A model generated the notes under the pieces. It searched no databases and was not told where the DNA came from. It saw only the letters and a program-made list of their open reading frames with translations. From an uncultured Actinomycetota bacterium (GTDB lineage: Bacteria; Actinomycetota; Actinomycetes; Propionibacteriales; Nocardioidaceae), in NCBI GenBank assembly GCA_963767345.1, contig CAVYDO010000004.1, forward strand, positions 30,939 through 94,938: 64,000 nt of DNA. The letters are read 5' to 3'. Positions within the stretch are counted from its first letter, which is position 1; each line of letters opens with the position of its first letter. This document shows, in pieces, positions 1 to 8,222 of the stretch. A program made the translations under genes and the position numbers.

Positions 1-67
1 TGCCGCACAGCCTGCGCATACCCACCCCCGGACCAGCTCGACGAGCACCTGCCGACGCGGTCTCAGT

Positions 68-814
68 CTAGAGCGACGGCCACCGCCGAGCGAGGACGCC
101 TCCGGCGACCACACCAACGAGCACGAGGCCTGCACCGACGGCGATGCCGCGCAGGAAGTCTGAGGACGTTCCCGTGGCGGGTCTGGGCGGCGCGGTGAAG
201 ACCCGGCCGACCGCGGGTGGGGTCTCGACGCGCCGCTCGTCCCTCGCGGCGGCTCGACCATCGAGATCGGTGGTCGAGCCGGCTTCCTCGGTGGTCGAGC
301 CGGGCGACGAAGAAGCCCGTGTCGAGACCACCCCCTCGGCGATCGCCCGGTCGACCGCACCGAAGAACTCGCCGGCCATCCGTCTGGACACCGATCCGAG
401 CATCCGCTGGCCGACCCCGCCGATCATGCCGCCGACGACCGCGTCGGCGGCATATTCGATCGTCGTGGTCTCGATGGTGGTGCTCCCGTCGCCGTCGACT
501 CCGTCGGACTCCCCGGCTCCGCCGGGCGTGAAGCGTACGTCGACCCGTGCCCCGATCGTGCCCGGGGCGCCGGCTCCCTGCAGCCTCATGACGAGGGAGT
601 GCGGCCGTTGGAGGTCGGTCAGCTCGCAGGTGCCGGTGTAGGTGCCGGTGATCGCGGCGACGCCGGCGGTGACGGTCATGTCGTAGGAGTGCTCGGCGGT
701 GGCGACCAGCCGCTCGCAGCCCGGGATCGTGGCGACCAGCACCGCCGGGTCGAGCAGTGCCTCCCACGCCCGCTCGGGCGCGGCGTGCAGGACGTGGCTG
801 CCGGTGATCTTCAT
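68..814 (-). CDS. coxG: CoxG-like SRPBCC domain protein with C-terminal membrane anchor
   Basis: C-terminal part of ORF 68..3364, starting MKITGSHVLHAAPERAWEALLDPAVLVATIPGCE (ATG at 814, ATGA overlap with the large-subunit stop); hydrophobic C-terminal tail; position after the large subunit. Confidence 0.85.
   Translation of the reverse strand: MKITGSHVLHAAPERAWEALLDPAVLVATIPGCERLVATAEHSYDMTVTAGVAAITGTYTGTCELTDLQRPHSLVMRLQGAGAPGTIGARVDVRFTPGGAGESDGVDGDGSTTIETTTIEYAADAVVGGMIGGVGQRMLGSVSRRMAGEFFGAVDRAIAEGVVSTRASSSPGSTTEEAGSTTDLDGRAAARDERRVETPPAVGRVFTAPPRPATGTSSDFLRGIAVGAGLVLVGVVAGGVLARRWPSL
221..329. repeat. Inverted pair of REP-like elements inside coxG
   Basis: GGTCTCGAC...GGCTCGACC at 221-259 and opposite-orientation GGTCGAGCC...GTGTCGAGACC at 289-329; same family as the copies at 9054-9092, 9385-9423 and 26524-26564. 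Confidence 0.75.
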
Positions 815-3252
815 GCGGACTCCTCGGGTCGCTCCTGGGCGGGGTGACGGCGGCGCAGCTCGAACAGCTCGCTCGGTGAGATCGGCATCGAGCTGATCGT
901 CAGTCCCGGGTGGTCGAAGCCCTCGGCGTCGGAGATCGCCGCCGCGAAGACGGCGGCGCCGGGGATGACGCCGGCCTCGCCGGCGCCCTTGATGCCCAGC
1001 GGGTTGAGCGGCGAGGGCGTCTCCAGGTGGTCGATCTCGATGCGCTCGGGAACCTCGGTGGCATAGGGCATCAGGAAGTCCATGAACGACGCGTTGAGGA
1101 GCTGACCGGACTCGTCGTAGACCATCCGCTCGTAGAGCGCTCCCCCGACGCCCTGCGCGACGCCACCGTGGATCTGCCCCTCCACGATCATCGGGTTGAT
1201 CAGGCGGCCGCAGTCGTGGACGACGGCGTACCGCAGGATCCTGATCTCCGCGGTGAGCGGGTCGGTCTCGACGATGACGGCGTGCATTCCCGAGGCGAAG
1301 GTCGACCGCTCCGGGCTGTAGAAGTCCTTGCCCTCGAGGCCGGGCTCGTCGTCGTCGGCGACCGGAGGCCTGCCGGGGTCGCCCACGGAGAACTGGGTCG
1401 CCGCCTTGGACGCCTCGTCGAAGGCGTAGCGAAGCGGGTTGGAGAGCACCGCGATGGTGCCGAGGTCGATCGAGGCCGCGTCGTCGGGGGTGCCGCGGAC
1501 CGACACGACGCCGTCGGAGATCTCGAGATCGGCCTCGTCGGCCTCCAACGCCTCGGCCGCGATCCGCAGCGCCTTCTCCTTCGCACGCAGAGACGCGAGG
1601 TGGATCGCCGAGCCGCTCATCACCGCCGCACGCGACGCGAAGGTGCCGACGGCATAAGGCATCCTGCGGGTGTCGCCGGTGACGATCTCGACGTCCTCGA
1701 AGCGCACGCCGAGCGTGTCGGCGACGATCTGCGCGAAGACCGTCTGGTGTCCCTGCCCCTGGGTCGTGAGGCCCGTCGCGACCTTCACCTTGCCGGAGGT
1801 CTCGATGTGCACGTGCGCACCCTCGTAGGGCCCCACGCCGGTGCCCTCGACGTAGCAGGCGAGCCCGATGCCGACACGCCGCCCCTGCGCCGCCATCTCG
1901 CGTTGGTAGGCCGGGAAGTCGTCCCAGCCGATCAGCTGCTTGAGCTTGACGAGCAGGGCCGGGTAGTCGCCGGAGTCGTACTCCAGCTCGCGACCGTCCT
2001 GGAAGACCAGGCCCTGGTCGTAGGGGAACTCGTCGGGCTGGATGAAGTTGACCGCGCGCACCTCGGTGCGGTCCCTGCCGAGCGCGGCGGCGATCGCGTC
2101 CATGGTGCGCTCCATGACGAAGCAGCCCTGTGGCCGGCCGGCGCCGCGGTAGGGCGTGACCATCACGGCATTGGTGTAGATCGACTCGAAGCGGACCCGG
2201 TAGACGTCGGGCTTGTATGGGCCGAGCAGCTGGGTCGAGGTGATGATCGGGACGATCAGCCCGTACGGCGTGTAGGCGCCGTGGTCGTGCCAGAACATCA
2301 CGTCGAGCGCGAGCAGCCGGCCGTCGTCGTCGAAGGCCACCTCGACGTGGTGCTGCTGCCCGCGCTCGTGGGCCGAGGAGATGAAGTGCTCGCGCCGGTC
2401 CTCGGTGAACTTCACCGGCCGGCCGAGCAGCCGCGCCGCCATCGGCACCAGCAGCTCCTCGGGCCACGGGTGGTTGATCTTGACGCCGAAGCCCCCACCC
2501 ACGTCGGGGGTGATGACGTCGACCTGGGCGAGATCGAGGTCGAGCTTGGCGGCGACGCAGCCGCGCACGCCCGTCGAGGTCTGGGTGGACGACCAGACGG
2601 TCAGTCGCGAGGCGTCCGGGTCCCAGCGCGCCACCACGCCGCGCCCCTCCATCGGCGTACAGGCGCTGCGCTCGATGGTGAGGTCGAGCGACAGCCGGTG
2701 CGGTGCAGATTCGAGCGCCGCCTCGACGTCTCCGGTGTTCTGCTCCATCCGGGCGCCGATATTGTCGGGCACGTCCTCGTGGACGGCGTGCTCGGCCGCG
2801 CGGGACGCCGGGATCCCTACGACGACAGGGAGCAGGTCGTAGGTCACCCTGATCCGCGACAGCGCGTCCTCGGCGACGTAACGGTCCGTCGCGACGACGA
2901 ACGCGATGGCCTCTCCGACGTGGTTGACCTCGCCGGCCGCCAGTGCGTACTGGGTGCGGCCGTGGGTCAGCGCCGGGTGCGGGATGAGCAGCGGCAGCGG
3001 CTCGGCCATCCGCGGCGCCAGGTCGCCGAGGTCGTCGTACGTCCAGACCAGGTGCACCCCCTCGATGTCGAGCACCTCGTCGACGTCGATGTCGACGATC
3101 CGCGCGTGGGCGTGCGGCGAGCGGAGGACGGCGGCGTGCAGCGCACCGTGACGGGCGTCGAGCAGCACGTCGTCGACGTACCGGCCCTTGCCTCGCAGGA
3201 AGCGCTGGTCCTCGGTGCGCTTGACCTTCGTGCCGAACAGCCTGGTGGTCAT
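811..3252 (-). CDS. Xanthine dehydrogenase-family molybdopterin-binding large subunit (CoxL form II-like)
   Basis: 813 aa; motifs GGGFGVK, PYRGAGRP, TFASRAA, GQIHGGVAQGVG, KGAGEAG; lacks the form I CO dehydrogenase AYxCSFR loop. Confidence 0.92.
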   Translation of the reverse strand: MTTRLFGTKVKRTEDQRFLRGKGRYVDDVLLDARHGALHAAVLRSPHAHARIVDIDVDEVLDIEGVHLVWTYDDLGDLAPRMAEPLPLLIPHPALTHGRTQYALAAGEVNHVGEAIAFVVATDRYVAEDALSRIRVTYDLLPVVVGIPASRAAEHAVHEDVPDNIGARMEQNTGDVEAALESAPHRLSLDLTIERSACTPMEGRGVVARWDPDASRLTVWSSTQTSTGVRGCVAAKLDLDLAQVDVITPDVGGGFGVKINHPWPEELLVPMAARLLGRPVKFTEDRREHFISSAHERGQQHHVEVAFDDDGRLLALDVMFWHDHGAYTPYGLIVPIITSTQLLGPYKPDVYRVRFESIYTNAVMVTPYRGAGRPQGCFVMERTMDAIAAALGRDRTEVRAVNFIQPDEFPYDQGLVFQDGRELEYDSGDYPALLVKLKQLIGWDDFPAYQREMAAQGRRVGIGLACYVEGTGVGPYEGAHVHIETSGKVKVATGLTTQGQGHQTVFAQIVADTLGVRFEDVEIVTGDTRRMPYAVGTFASRAAVMSGSAIHLASLRAKEKALRIAAEALEADEADLEISDGVVSVRGTPDDAASIDLGTIAVLSNPLRYAFDEASKAATQFSVGDPGRPPVADDDEPGLEGKDFYSPERSTFASGMHAVIVETDPLTAEIRILRYAVVHDCGRLINPMIVEGQIHGGVAQGVGGALYERMVYDESGQLLNASFMDFLMPYATEVPERIEIDHLETPSPLNPLGIKGAGEAGVIPGAAVFAAAISDAEGFDHPGLTISSMPISPSELFELRRRHPAQERPEESA

Positions 3253-3815
3253 GGGGTCTCGACTCCCCCTGACCCTTCCCGGACGTCATGCGAAGTGGTC
3301 GCCGGGGCAGCCACATCGCATGACGTTGCGGAAAGGTCAGCCGCCCGCAGCACCGCCGCGACAATGTTCTGGTAGCCGGTGCAGCGACAGAGGTTGCCGG
3401 CGATCATCTCCCGCGCCTCGTCCTCGGTCGGGTGCGGGTTGTCGCGCAAGCCCGCGGTGATGGTGGTGAGGAAGCCCGGCGTGCAGAAGCCGCATTGCAG
3501 GCCGTGACAGTCGCTGAACGCCTGCTGCACCGGGCCGAGCCGTCCGGCGGCCGAGCCGTCGTCCTCGGTGAGCCCCTCGACCGTGGTGATCGCCACGCCC
3601 TCGGCCGCCACCGCGAACATCAGGCACGCCCGCATCGGCCGGCCGTCGACGAGCACCGTGCAGGCACCGCAGACGCCGTGCTCGCAGCCGACATGGGTGC
3701 CGGTGAGCCCGCAGTCCTGGCGCAGCGCGTCGGAGAGCAGGCGGCGGGCCGGCACATCGATGAGGTATGCCGCTCCGTTGACCCGCAGCGTGACCTCGTG
3801 GACCTCCTCGGTCAT
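3249..3815 (-). CDS. 2Fe-2S small subunit (CoxS/CutS-like)
   Basis: GCEHGVCGACTV, QCGFCTPG and NLCRCTGY iron-sulfur motifs; ATG at 3815 overlaps the medium-subunit stop. Confidence 0.93.
   Translation of the reverse strand: MTEEVHEVTLRVNGAAYLIDVPARRLLSDALRQDCGLTGTHVGCEHGVCGACTVLVDGRPMRACLMFAVAAEGVAITTVEGLTEDDGSAAGRLGPVQQAFSDCHGLQCGFCTPGFLTTITAGLRDNPHPTEDEAREMIAGNLCRCTGYQNIVAAVLRAADLSATSCDVAAPATTSHDVREGSGGVETP
3283..3326. repeat. Palindrome with 16-bp arms inside the 3' end of the small-subunit gene
   Basis: ACGTCATGCGAAGTGG-N12-CCACATCGCATGACGT, 15/16 complementary. Confidence 0.8.
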
Positions 3816-4753
3816 GCGGCACCACCTGGCCGGGGCCTCGAGACGCCGCTCGCCTGTCCTGAGTAGCCGAGGCACGAGGCGTCTCGAAGGGTGCCTCGCT
3901 GCTCCTCGACCACCGAGAGGCCCAGGGCCCTCTCGTGCGCCCGACGGAGCACCCGGTCGACGAGCACCTCGACCAGGTGCCGGCGAAAGTCGGCACTTGC
4001 GTGCAGGTCGCCCTCCGGCTCGACGCGCGCGGCGGCCTCGGACCCCCATCGGTCGACGGGTACGTCGCTCAGGTCGAGCACCGTGGGCACGTCGGCGACC
4101 GAGACGAGACCGGCGTGCGCGTCGACGACCTCCCCGGCGTCGTCGACGCGCACCAGCCCGGCCACGCCGACGACGGCGTAGTCACCGTGCCGACGGGCGA
4201 TCTCCTCGAAGGCCACCCCGCTGCGCGCGGCGAGCAGCGGGAAGACCGCCTCGACCGCGATCTCGTCGTGCGCGAGGGACGACTCGAGGGGTCCGACGTA
4301 CAGCTCCGCTGCCGGGATCTCCCGGCGGCCGGCCGGCCCGACGGCGGCGACCGAGCCACGCAGCAGTGAGAGCACGACCGGCATCTCGGCCGCCGCGTCC
4401 GCGTGCACGAGCGAGCCGACGGTGGTGCCACGGTTGCGGATGGTCGGGTGGGCGACGTGTCCGAGCGCCTCGCGCAGCAGCGGCTGCGCGAGCGCCGCCT
4501 CGTCGGAGGCGAGCACGTCGGCATGCCGCGCGAGGGCGCCGACGCGGACGCCCTCGGGTGTCACCGACACCCGGTCGAGGCCGGGCAGACCGTTGATGTC
4601 GACCAGCATCGTCGGCGCGGCCAGCCGCATGGAGAGCAGCGGGACGAGGCTCTGTCCACCCGCGAGCACCTTGGCCCCCCGATGCTCCGCGAGCAGCCCG
4701 ACGGCCTCCTCGAGCTCCCGAGGGCGACGGTAGGCGAAAGGGGCGGGCTTCAA
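3812..4753 (-). CDS. FAD-binding medium subunit (CoxM-like)
   Basis: MKPAPFAYRRP, LAGGQSLVP, IRNRGTTVGS, EIARRHGDYA; TTG start. Confidence 0.92.
   Translation of the reverse strand: MKPAPFAYRRPRELEEAVGLLAEHRGAKVLAGGQSLVPLLSMRLAAPTMLVDINGLPGLDRVSVTPEGVRVGALARHADVLASDEAALAQPLLREALGHVAHPTIRNRGTTVGSLVHADAAAEMPVVLSLLRGSVAAVGPAGRREIPAAELYVGPLESSLAHDEIAVEAVFPLLAARSGVAFEEIARRHGDYAVVGVAGLVRVDDAGEVVDAHAGLVSVADVPTVLDLSDVPVDRWGSEAAARVEPEGDLHASADFRRHLVEVLVDRVLRRAHERALGLSVVEEQRGTLRDASCLGYSGQASGVSRPRPGGAA
3834..3914. repeat. REP-like composite element inside the 3' end of the medium-subunit gene
   Basis: GGCCTCGAGACGCCGCTCG...CCTCGACCACCG termini resemble the REP family found elsewhere in the window. Confidence 0.55.
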
Positions 4754-4756
4754 CGG

Positions 4757-6121
4757 CTACCGCGCCCTGCTGGCAGGGGCAGGCCCACGTTCGTCTCGCC
4801 AGTTGACGAGGTGGAAGAAAACGATGACCAAGATGGTGCCGAGAGCGATGCCGCCGAGCTCGAAGTTGTCGGTGATCACCAACGTCACGTTGCCGATGCC
4901 GGCGACGAGACCAGCGGCGAGCGCGACGAGATTGACCGGCTTGCCGAAGTCGACGCCGTTCTCCACCCAGATCTTCGCGCCCACCAGGCCGATCATGCCG
5001 TACAGCACCACGGTGATGCCGCCGAGCACGCCGCCCGGCGTCGCGTTGACGATCGCCCCGAACTTGGGGCACAGGCCGAGCAGGACGGCAACGATCGCGG
5101 CGACGTAGTACGCCGCGGTCGAGTAGACCTTGGTGGCCGACATGACGCCGATGTTCTCGGCGTACGTCGTGGTCGGCGAGCCGCCGAAGGCGGACGCGAG
5201 CGCCGTGGCGATGCCGTCGCCGGCGAGGGCGCGCCCGAGGTATGGGTCGAGGTCGTCGCCGGTCATCTCCGCGACGGCCTTGACGTGGCCGGTGTTCTCA
5301 GCGATCAGGGCGATGACGCCCGGGAGGACGAGCAGGACGAAGGTCAGCGAGAACGACGGGCCGTGCACCACCGACACGCCGTCGGCGAGCTTGCCGCTGG
5401 GCAGCCCGAACCAGTCCGAGGCGCCCACGGAGCTCCACGCCCACATCCGGTCGTGGTCGGTGGGCTCGGGCCCGAGTGCGGGCACCACGGAGCTGATCGT
5501 GCCGAACAGCCCGTCGAAGACCCAGGACAGGAGGTGGCCGAAGACCAACGCCAAGAACACCGCGATGCGGCCCCAGAAGCCGGGCAGCAAGACCGCGGCG
5601 CAGACCATGAACGCCGCGGTGATCAGCGCGACCCACTGGTCCTGCGGCCAGTAGATGCCCGCGACGACCGGCGCCAGGTTGAAGCCGATCAGCATCACCA
5701 CCGCACCGGTGACGGCCGGTGGCAACAGCGTGTGGATGAGCTGTGCGCCGGCGAAGTGCACGGCCAGGCCGACCAGCGTCAGGACTGCGCCGGCGACGAG
5801 GATCGCGCCGGTGACGTCGGCGGAGTCGCCGCCGTCGGCCCGGATCGCGGCGACGCTGGCCACGAAGGACGCGCTGGTGCCGAGGTACGACGGCACCCTG
5901 TTCTGCACGATCAGCAGGAACAGGATCGTGCAGACGCCCGAGAACATGATGGCGAGGTTGGCGTCGAGGCCCATCACGATCGGGAAGACGAAGGTGGCGC
6001 CGAACATCGCCACGACATGCTGGGCGCCGAGGCCGATGGTCTTGCCCCACGGCAGTCGCTGCCGGGGGGAGACCGGCTGGCCGGGGGCCGGATCGACCAC
6101 CTCCCAGGTGAACATCGACAT
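4757..6121 (-). CDS. NCS2-family (uracil/xanthine) permease
   Basis: 454 aa, multi-TM; GAQHVVAMFGAT, YLGTSASF, TTYAENIGV signature. Confidence 0.92.
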   Translation of the reverse strand: MSMFTWEVVDPAPGQPVSPRQRLPWGKTIGLGAQHVVAMFGATFVFPIVMGLDANLAIMFSGVCTILFLLIVQNRVPSYLGTSASFVASVAAIRADGGDSADVTGAILVAGAVLTLVGLAVHFAGAQLIHTLLPPAVTGAVVMLIGFNLAPVVAGIYWPQDQWVALITAAFMVCAAVLLPGFWGRIAVFLALVFGHLLSWVFDGLFGTISSVVPALGPEPTDHDRMWAWSSVGASDWFGLPSGKLADGVSVVHGPSFSLTFVLLVLPGVIALIAENTGHVKAVAEMTGDDLDPYLGRALAGDGIATALASAFGGSPTTTYAENIGVMSATKVYSTAAYYVAAIVAVLLGLCPKFGAIVNATPGGVLGGITVVLYGMIGLVGAKIWVENGVDFGKPVNLVALAAGLVAGIGNVTLVITDNFELGGIALGTILVIVFFHLVNWRDERGPAPASRAR

Positions 6122-6244
6122 CGGCTACCTCCGTGGCCTCGTGGCGCCGCCGGCGGGCGGGGCGACCGATCCCTGGCACCGGCCTCCCCCGGCAACGTAG
6201 TGACGTCCGTTTCGCACCCTCACGGGCGAGAGATGCCGAAGCGA

Positions 6245-6317
6245 GAGCGCCGACTCGGCAGTAGTTGTACCTCCTCCGCTCCGCTCCCCCGGTACATCTA
6301 CGGCCGACTCGGCGTTC
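6245..6317. repeat. Long imperfect hairpin (27-bp arms) with a conserved core
   Basis: Arms 23/27 complementary; core CTCCTCCGCTCCGCTCCCCCGG (6271-6292) recurs at 54759-54780. Confidence 0.7.
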
Positions 6318-6333
6318 AGCGGCTTCGCCGCTG
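6317..6333 (-). terminator. Possible terminator hairpin after the TetR gene
   Basis: CAGCGGC-TTC-GCCGCTG directly after the TetR stop; no U-tract. Confidence 0.35.
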
Positions 6334-7122
6334 TCAGTCGGCCGACTCGACGAGCGCAGCCAGCCCGTCCAACAGCCGGGCGAGGCCGAACTCGAAGGTG
6401 TCACGAGCCTCGGCCTCGAGGTACGACGTCGCGTCGGGTGGCTGGTCGAAGCCGCCGCTCGCCGCGATCCGGGTGAGGGCGGGGAAACGCTCGGCGTAGT
6501 CCGGCGCCACCTCCTCGAGCAGCGCGGCGCGGGCGAACCACCAGGTGTCCTCCGCGACGCCGGTCGCCTCGGTGGCCTGGACCGTCTCGATGAACGCCTT
6601 GGCCGATCCGTGCACGTAGCGGCTCAGCGCCCAGACCGACCGCGCCCGGTCACGTGCCGAGAGAGCCGTCTGCTCGAGGACCGCGACCGCCGCCTCGGCG
6701 TTGCGGGTCTCATGGGGGCCGAGGGTCGGCCGGGCGCCCGAGAGCGACAGGAACCAGGGGTGCCGCTGGCAGAGCGCCCAGTTGGCCTCGGCCCACTCGA
6801 CCAGCGCGGCCCGCCAGCCCGCGGACGCGTCGTACGCCGCGGGCAGCTCGGCGAGCACCCGGTCCCACATCAGGTCGAGCAGCTCCGCCTTGCCGGGCAC
6901 GTAGGTGTAGATCGCCATGGGCGTGCGGCCGAGCCGGTCGCCGACCGCCCGCATCGACAGCGCGTCGATGCCCCCCTCGTCGGCGAGCGCGACGGCGGCG
7001 TCGACGATCTCCTCGACGGAGAGCTTGGGCTTCGGGCCACGCGTCCGCGGGGCCTCCGCGCCGGTCCGCCAGAGCAGCCTCATCGACGGCTCGGCGTCGC
7101 CCTGACCCACGTAGAGCACCAC
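6334..7122 (-). CDS. TetR/AcrR-family regulator
   Basis: HTH region LSVEEIVDAAVALADEGGIDALSMRAVGDRLG...IYTYVPGKAEL; divergent from an ABC exporter. Confidence 0.92.
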   Translation of the reverse strand: MVLYVGQGDAEPSMRLLWRTGAEAPRTRGPKPKLSVEEIVDAAVALADEGGIDALSMRAVGDRLGRTPMAIYTYVPGKAELLDLMWDRVLAELPAAYDASAGWRAALVEWAEANWALCQRHPWFLSLSGARPTLGPHETRNAEAAVAVLEQTALSARDRARSVWALSRYVHGSAKAFIETVQATEATGVAEDTWWFARAALLEEVAPDYAERFPALTRIAASGGFDQPPDATSYLEAEARDTFEFGLARLLDGLAALVESAD

Positions 7123-7128
7123 GGCTTG

Positions 7129-7182
7129 CCAACTCCTTACATCGTAAAGTAATCTCGGATCTCCAACTCCTTACGGCGTAAA
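7129..7182. promoter_or_regulatory. Two TetR operator-like sites
   Basis: CCAACTCCTTACATCGTAAA (7129-7148) and CCAACTCCTTACGGCGTAAA (7163-7182), 18/20 identical, each with a TTAC-N-CGTAA palindromic core, in the tetR/drrA divergent spacer. Confidence 0.7.
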
Positions 7183-7199
7183 CTATCAGGAGGCAGAGC

Positions 7200-8222
7200 G
7201 TGACTCCGGCACAACCTTCCAACCCCGAGGGGGGCCAGGTCGCCGCAATCAGCGCGCGCGGGCTGGTCAAGCGGTACGGCGCGCAGCGGGCCCTCGACGG
7301 TTTCGACCTGACCGTGCCGCGCGGCGTGGTCTGGGGCCTGCTCGGGCCCAACGGCGCCGGCAAGACCACCGCGGTCCGCACCTTCGCCACCCTGCTCCGC
7401 TGCGAGGAGGGAGAGGCGCGCGTCGCGGGGCACGACGTACGCACGGAGGCACACGAGGTACGCCGCCGAATCGGGCTCTCGGGCCAGTCGCCGGCGGTGG
7501 ACGAGATCCTCGGCGGCCGGCAGAACCTGGTGCTGTTCGGCCGCCTCAACCGGCTCGCACGCCGTGACGCCGAGCACCGGGCCGAGGAGCTGCTCACCCG
7601 GTTCGAGCTCGTCGAGGCCGCTGACAAGCCGGTCAAGCAGTACTCCGGTGGGATGCGTCGGCGACTCGACCTCGCCGTCACCCTGCTGCTGCGGCCGGAG
7701 GTGCTCTTCCTCGACGAGCCCACGACGGGGCTCGACCCGCGCAACCGCCTGGAGGTGTGGGAATCGATCCGCTCGCTCGTCGCCGACGGCACCACCGTCC
7801 TGCTCACCACCCAGTACCTCGACGAGGCCGACCAGCTCGCCTCCAGGGTCACCGTCATGGACCGCGGCCGGGTGATCGCCGAGGGACGGCCCGATGACCT
7901 GAAGCGCCAGATCGGTGGCGAGCGCCTCGAGGTGACGGCCGAGGACGCCCGCGACCTCGACGCGGTGGTCGCCGCCGTCGCCCGGCGGGCCACCGCCACT
8001 CCGCAGGTCGACCCCGAGGCCGTGCGGGTCAGCGCTCCGGTCAGCGACCCGGTAGACGCGGTCGGCGACGTCCTCGCGGAGCTGCGGGCGGGCGACGTAC
8101 GGCTCGCGGACATCGGCCTGCGACGTCCCACTCTCGACGACGTGTTCCTCCAGATCACCGGACATCACGCGGAAGCGGACATGGAGCCGACCGACCCGGC
8201 CGAGAGGACCGTCGCCCGATGA
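7200..8222 (+). CDS. DrrA-family ABC exporter ATP-binding protein
   Basis: GPNGAGKTT, YSGGMRRRLDLA, LFLDEPTTGLD. Confidence 0.93.
   Translation: MTPAQPSNPEGGQVAAISARGLVKRYGAQRALDGFDLTVPRGVVWGLLGPNGAGKTTAVRTFATLLRCEEGEARVAGHDVRTEAHEVRRRIGLSGQSPAVDEILGGRQNLVLFGRLNRLARRDAEHRAEELLTRFELVEAADKPVKQYSGGMRRRLDLAVTLLLRPEVLFLDEPTTGLDPRNRLEVWESIRSLVADGTTVLLTTQYLDEADQLASRVTVMDRGRVIAEGRPDDLKRQIGGERLEVTAEDARDLDAVVAAVARRATATPQVDPEAVRVSAPVSDPVDAVGDVLAELRAGDVRLADIGLRRPTLDDVFLQITGHHAEADMEPTDPAERTVAR

Noticed and set aside
811-3252. True aerobic CO dehydrogenase
   Set aside because: The active-site loop is PYRGAGR rather than AYxCSFR, and no coxDEF accessory genes are present.
68-3364. 1098-aa ORF as one protein
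   Set aside because: Only the last 248 aa (CoxG) look real; the rest is an Arg/Pro-rich alternative frame over coxL, typical of high-GC DNA.
6122-6244. Purine or xanthine riboswitch ahead of the permease
   Set aside because: No recognisable aptamer consensus by eye; an Rfam scan would settle it.
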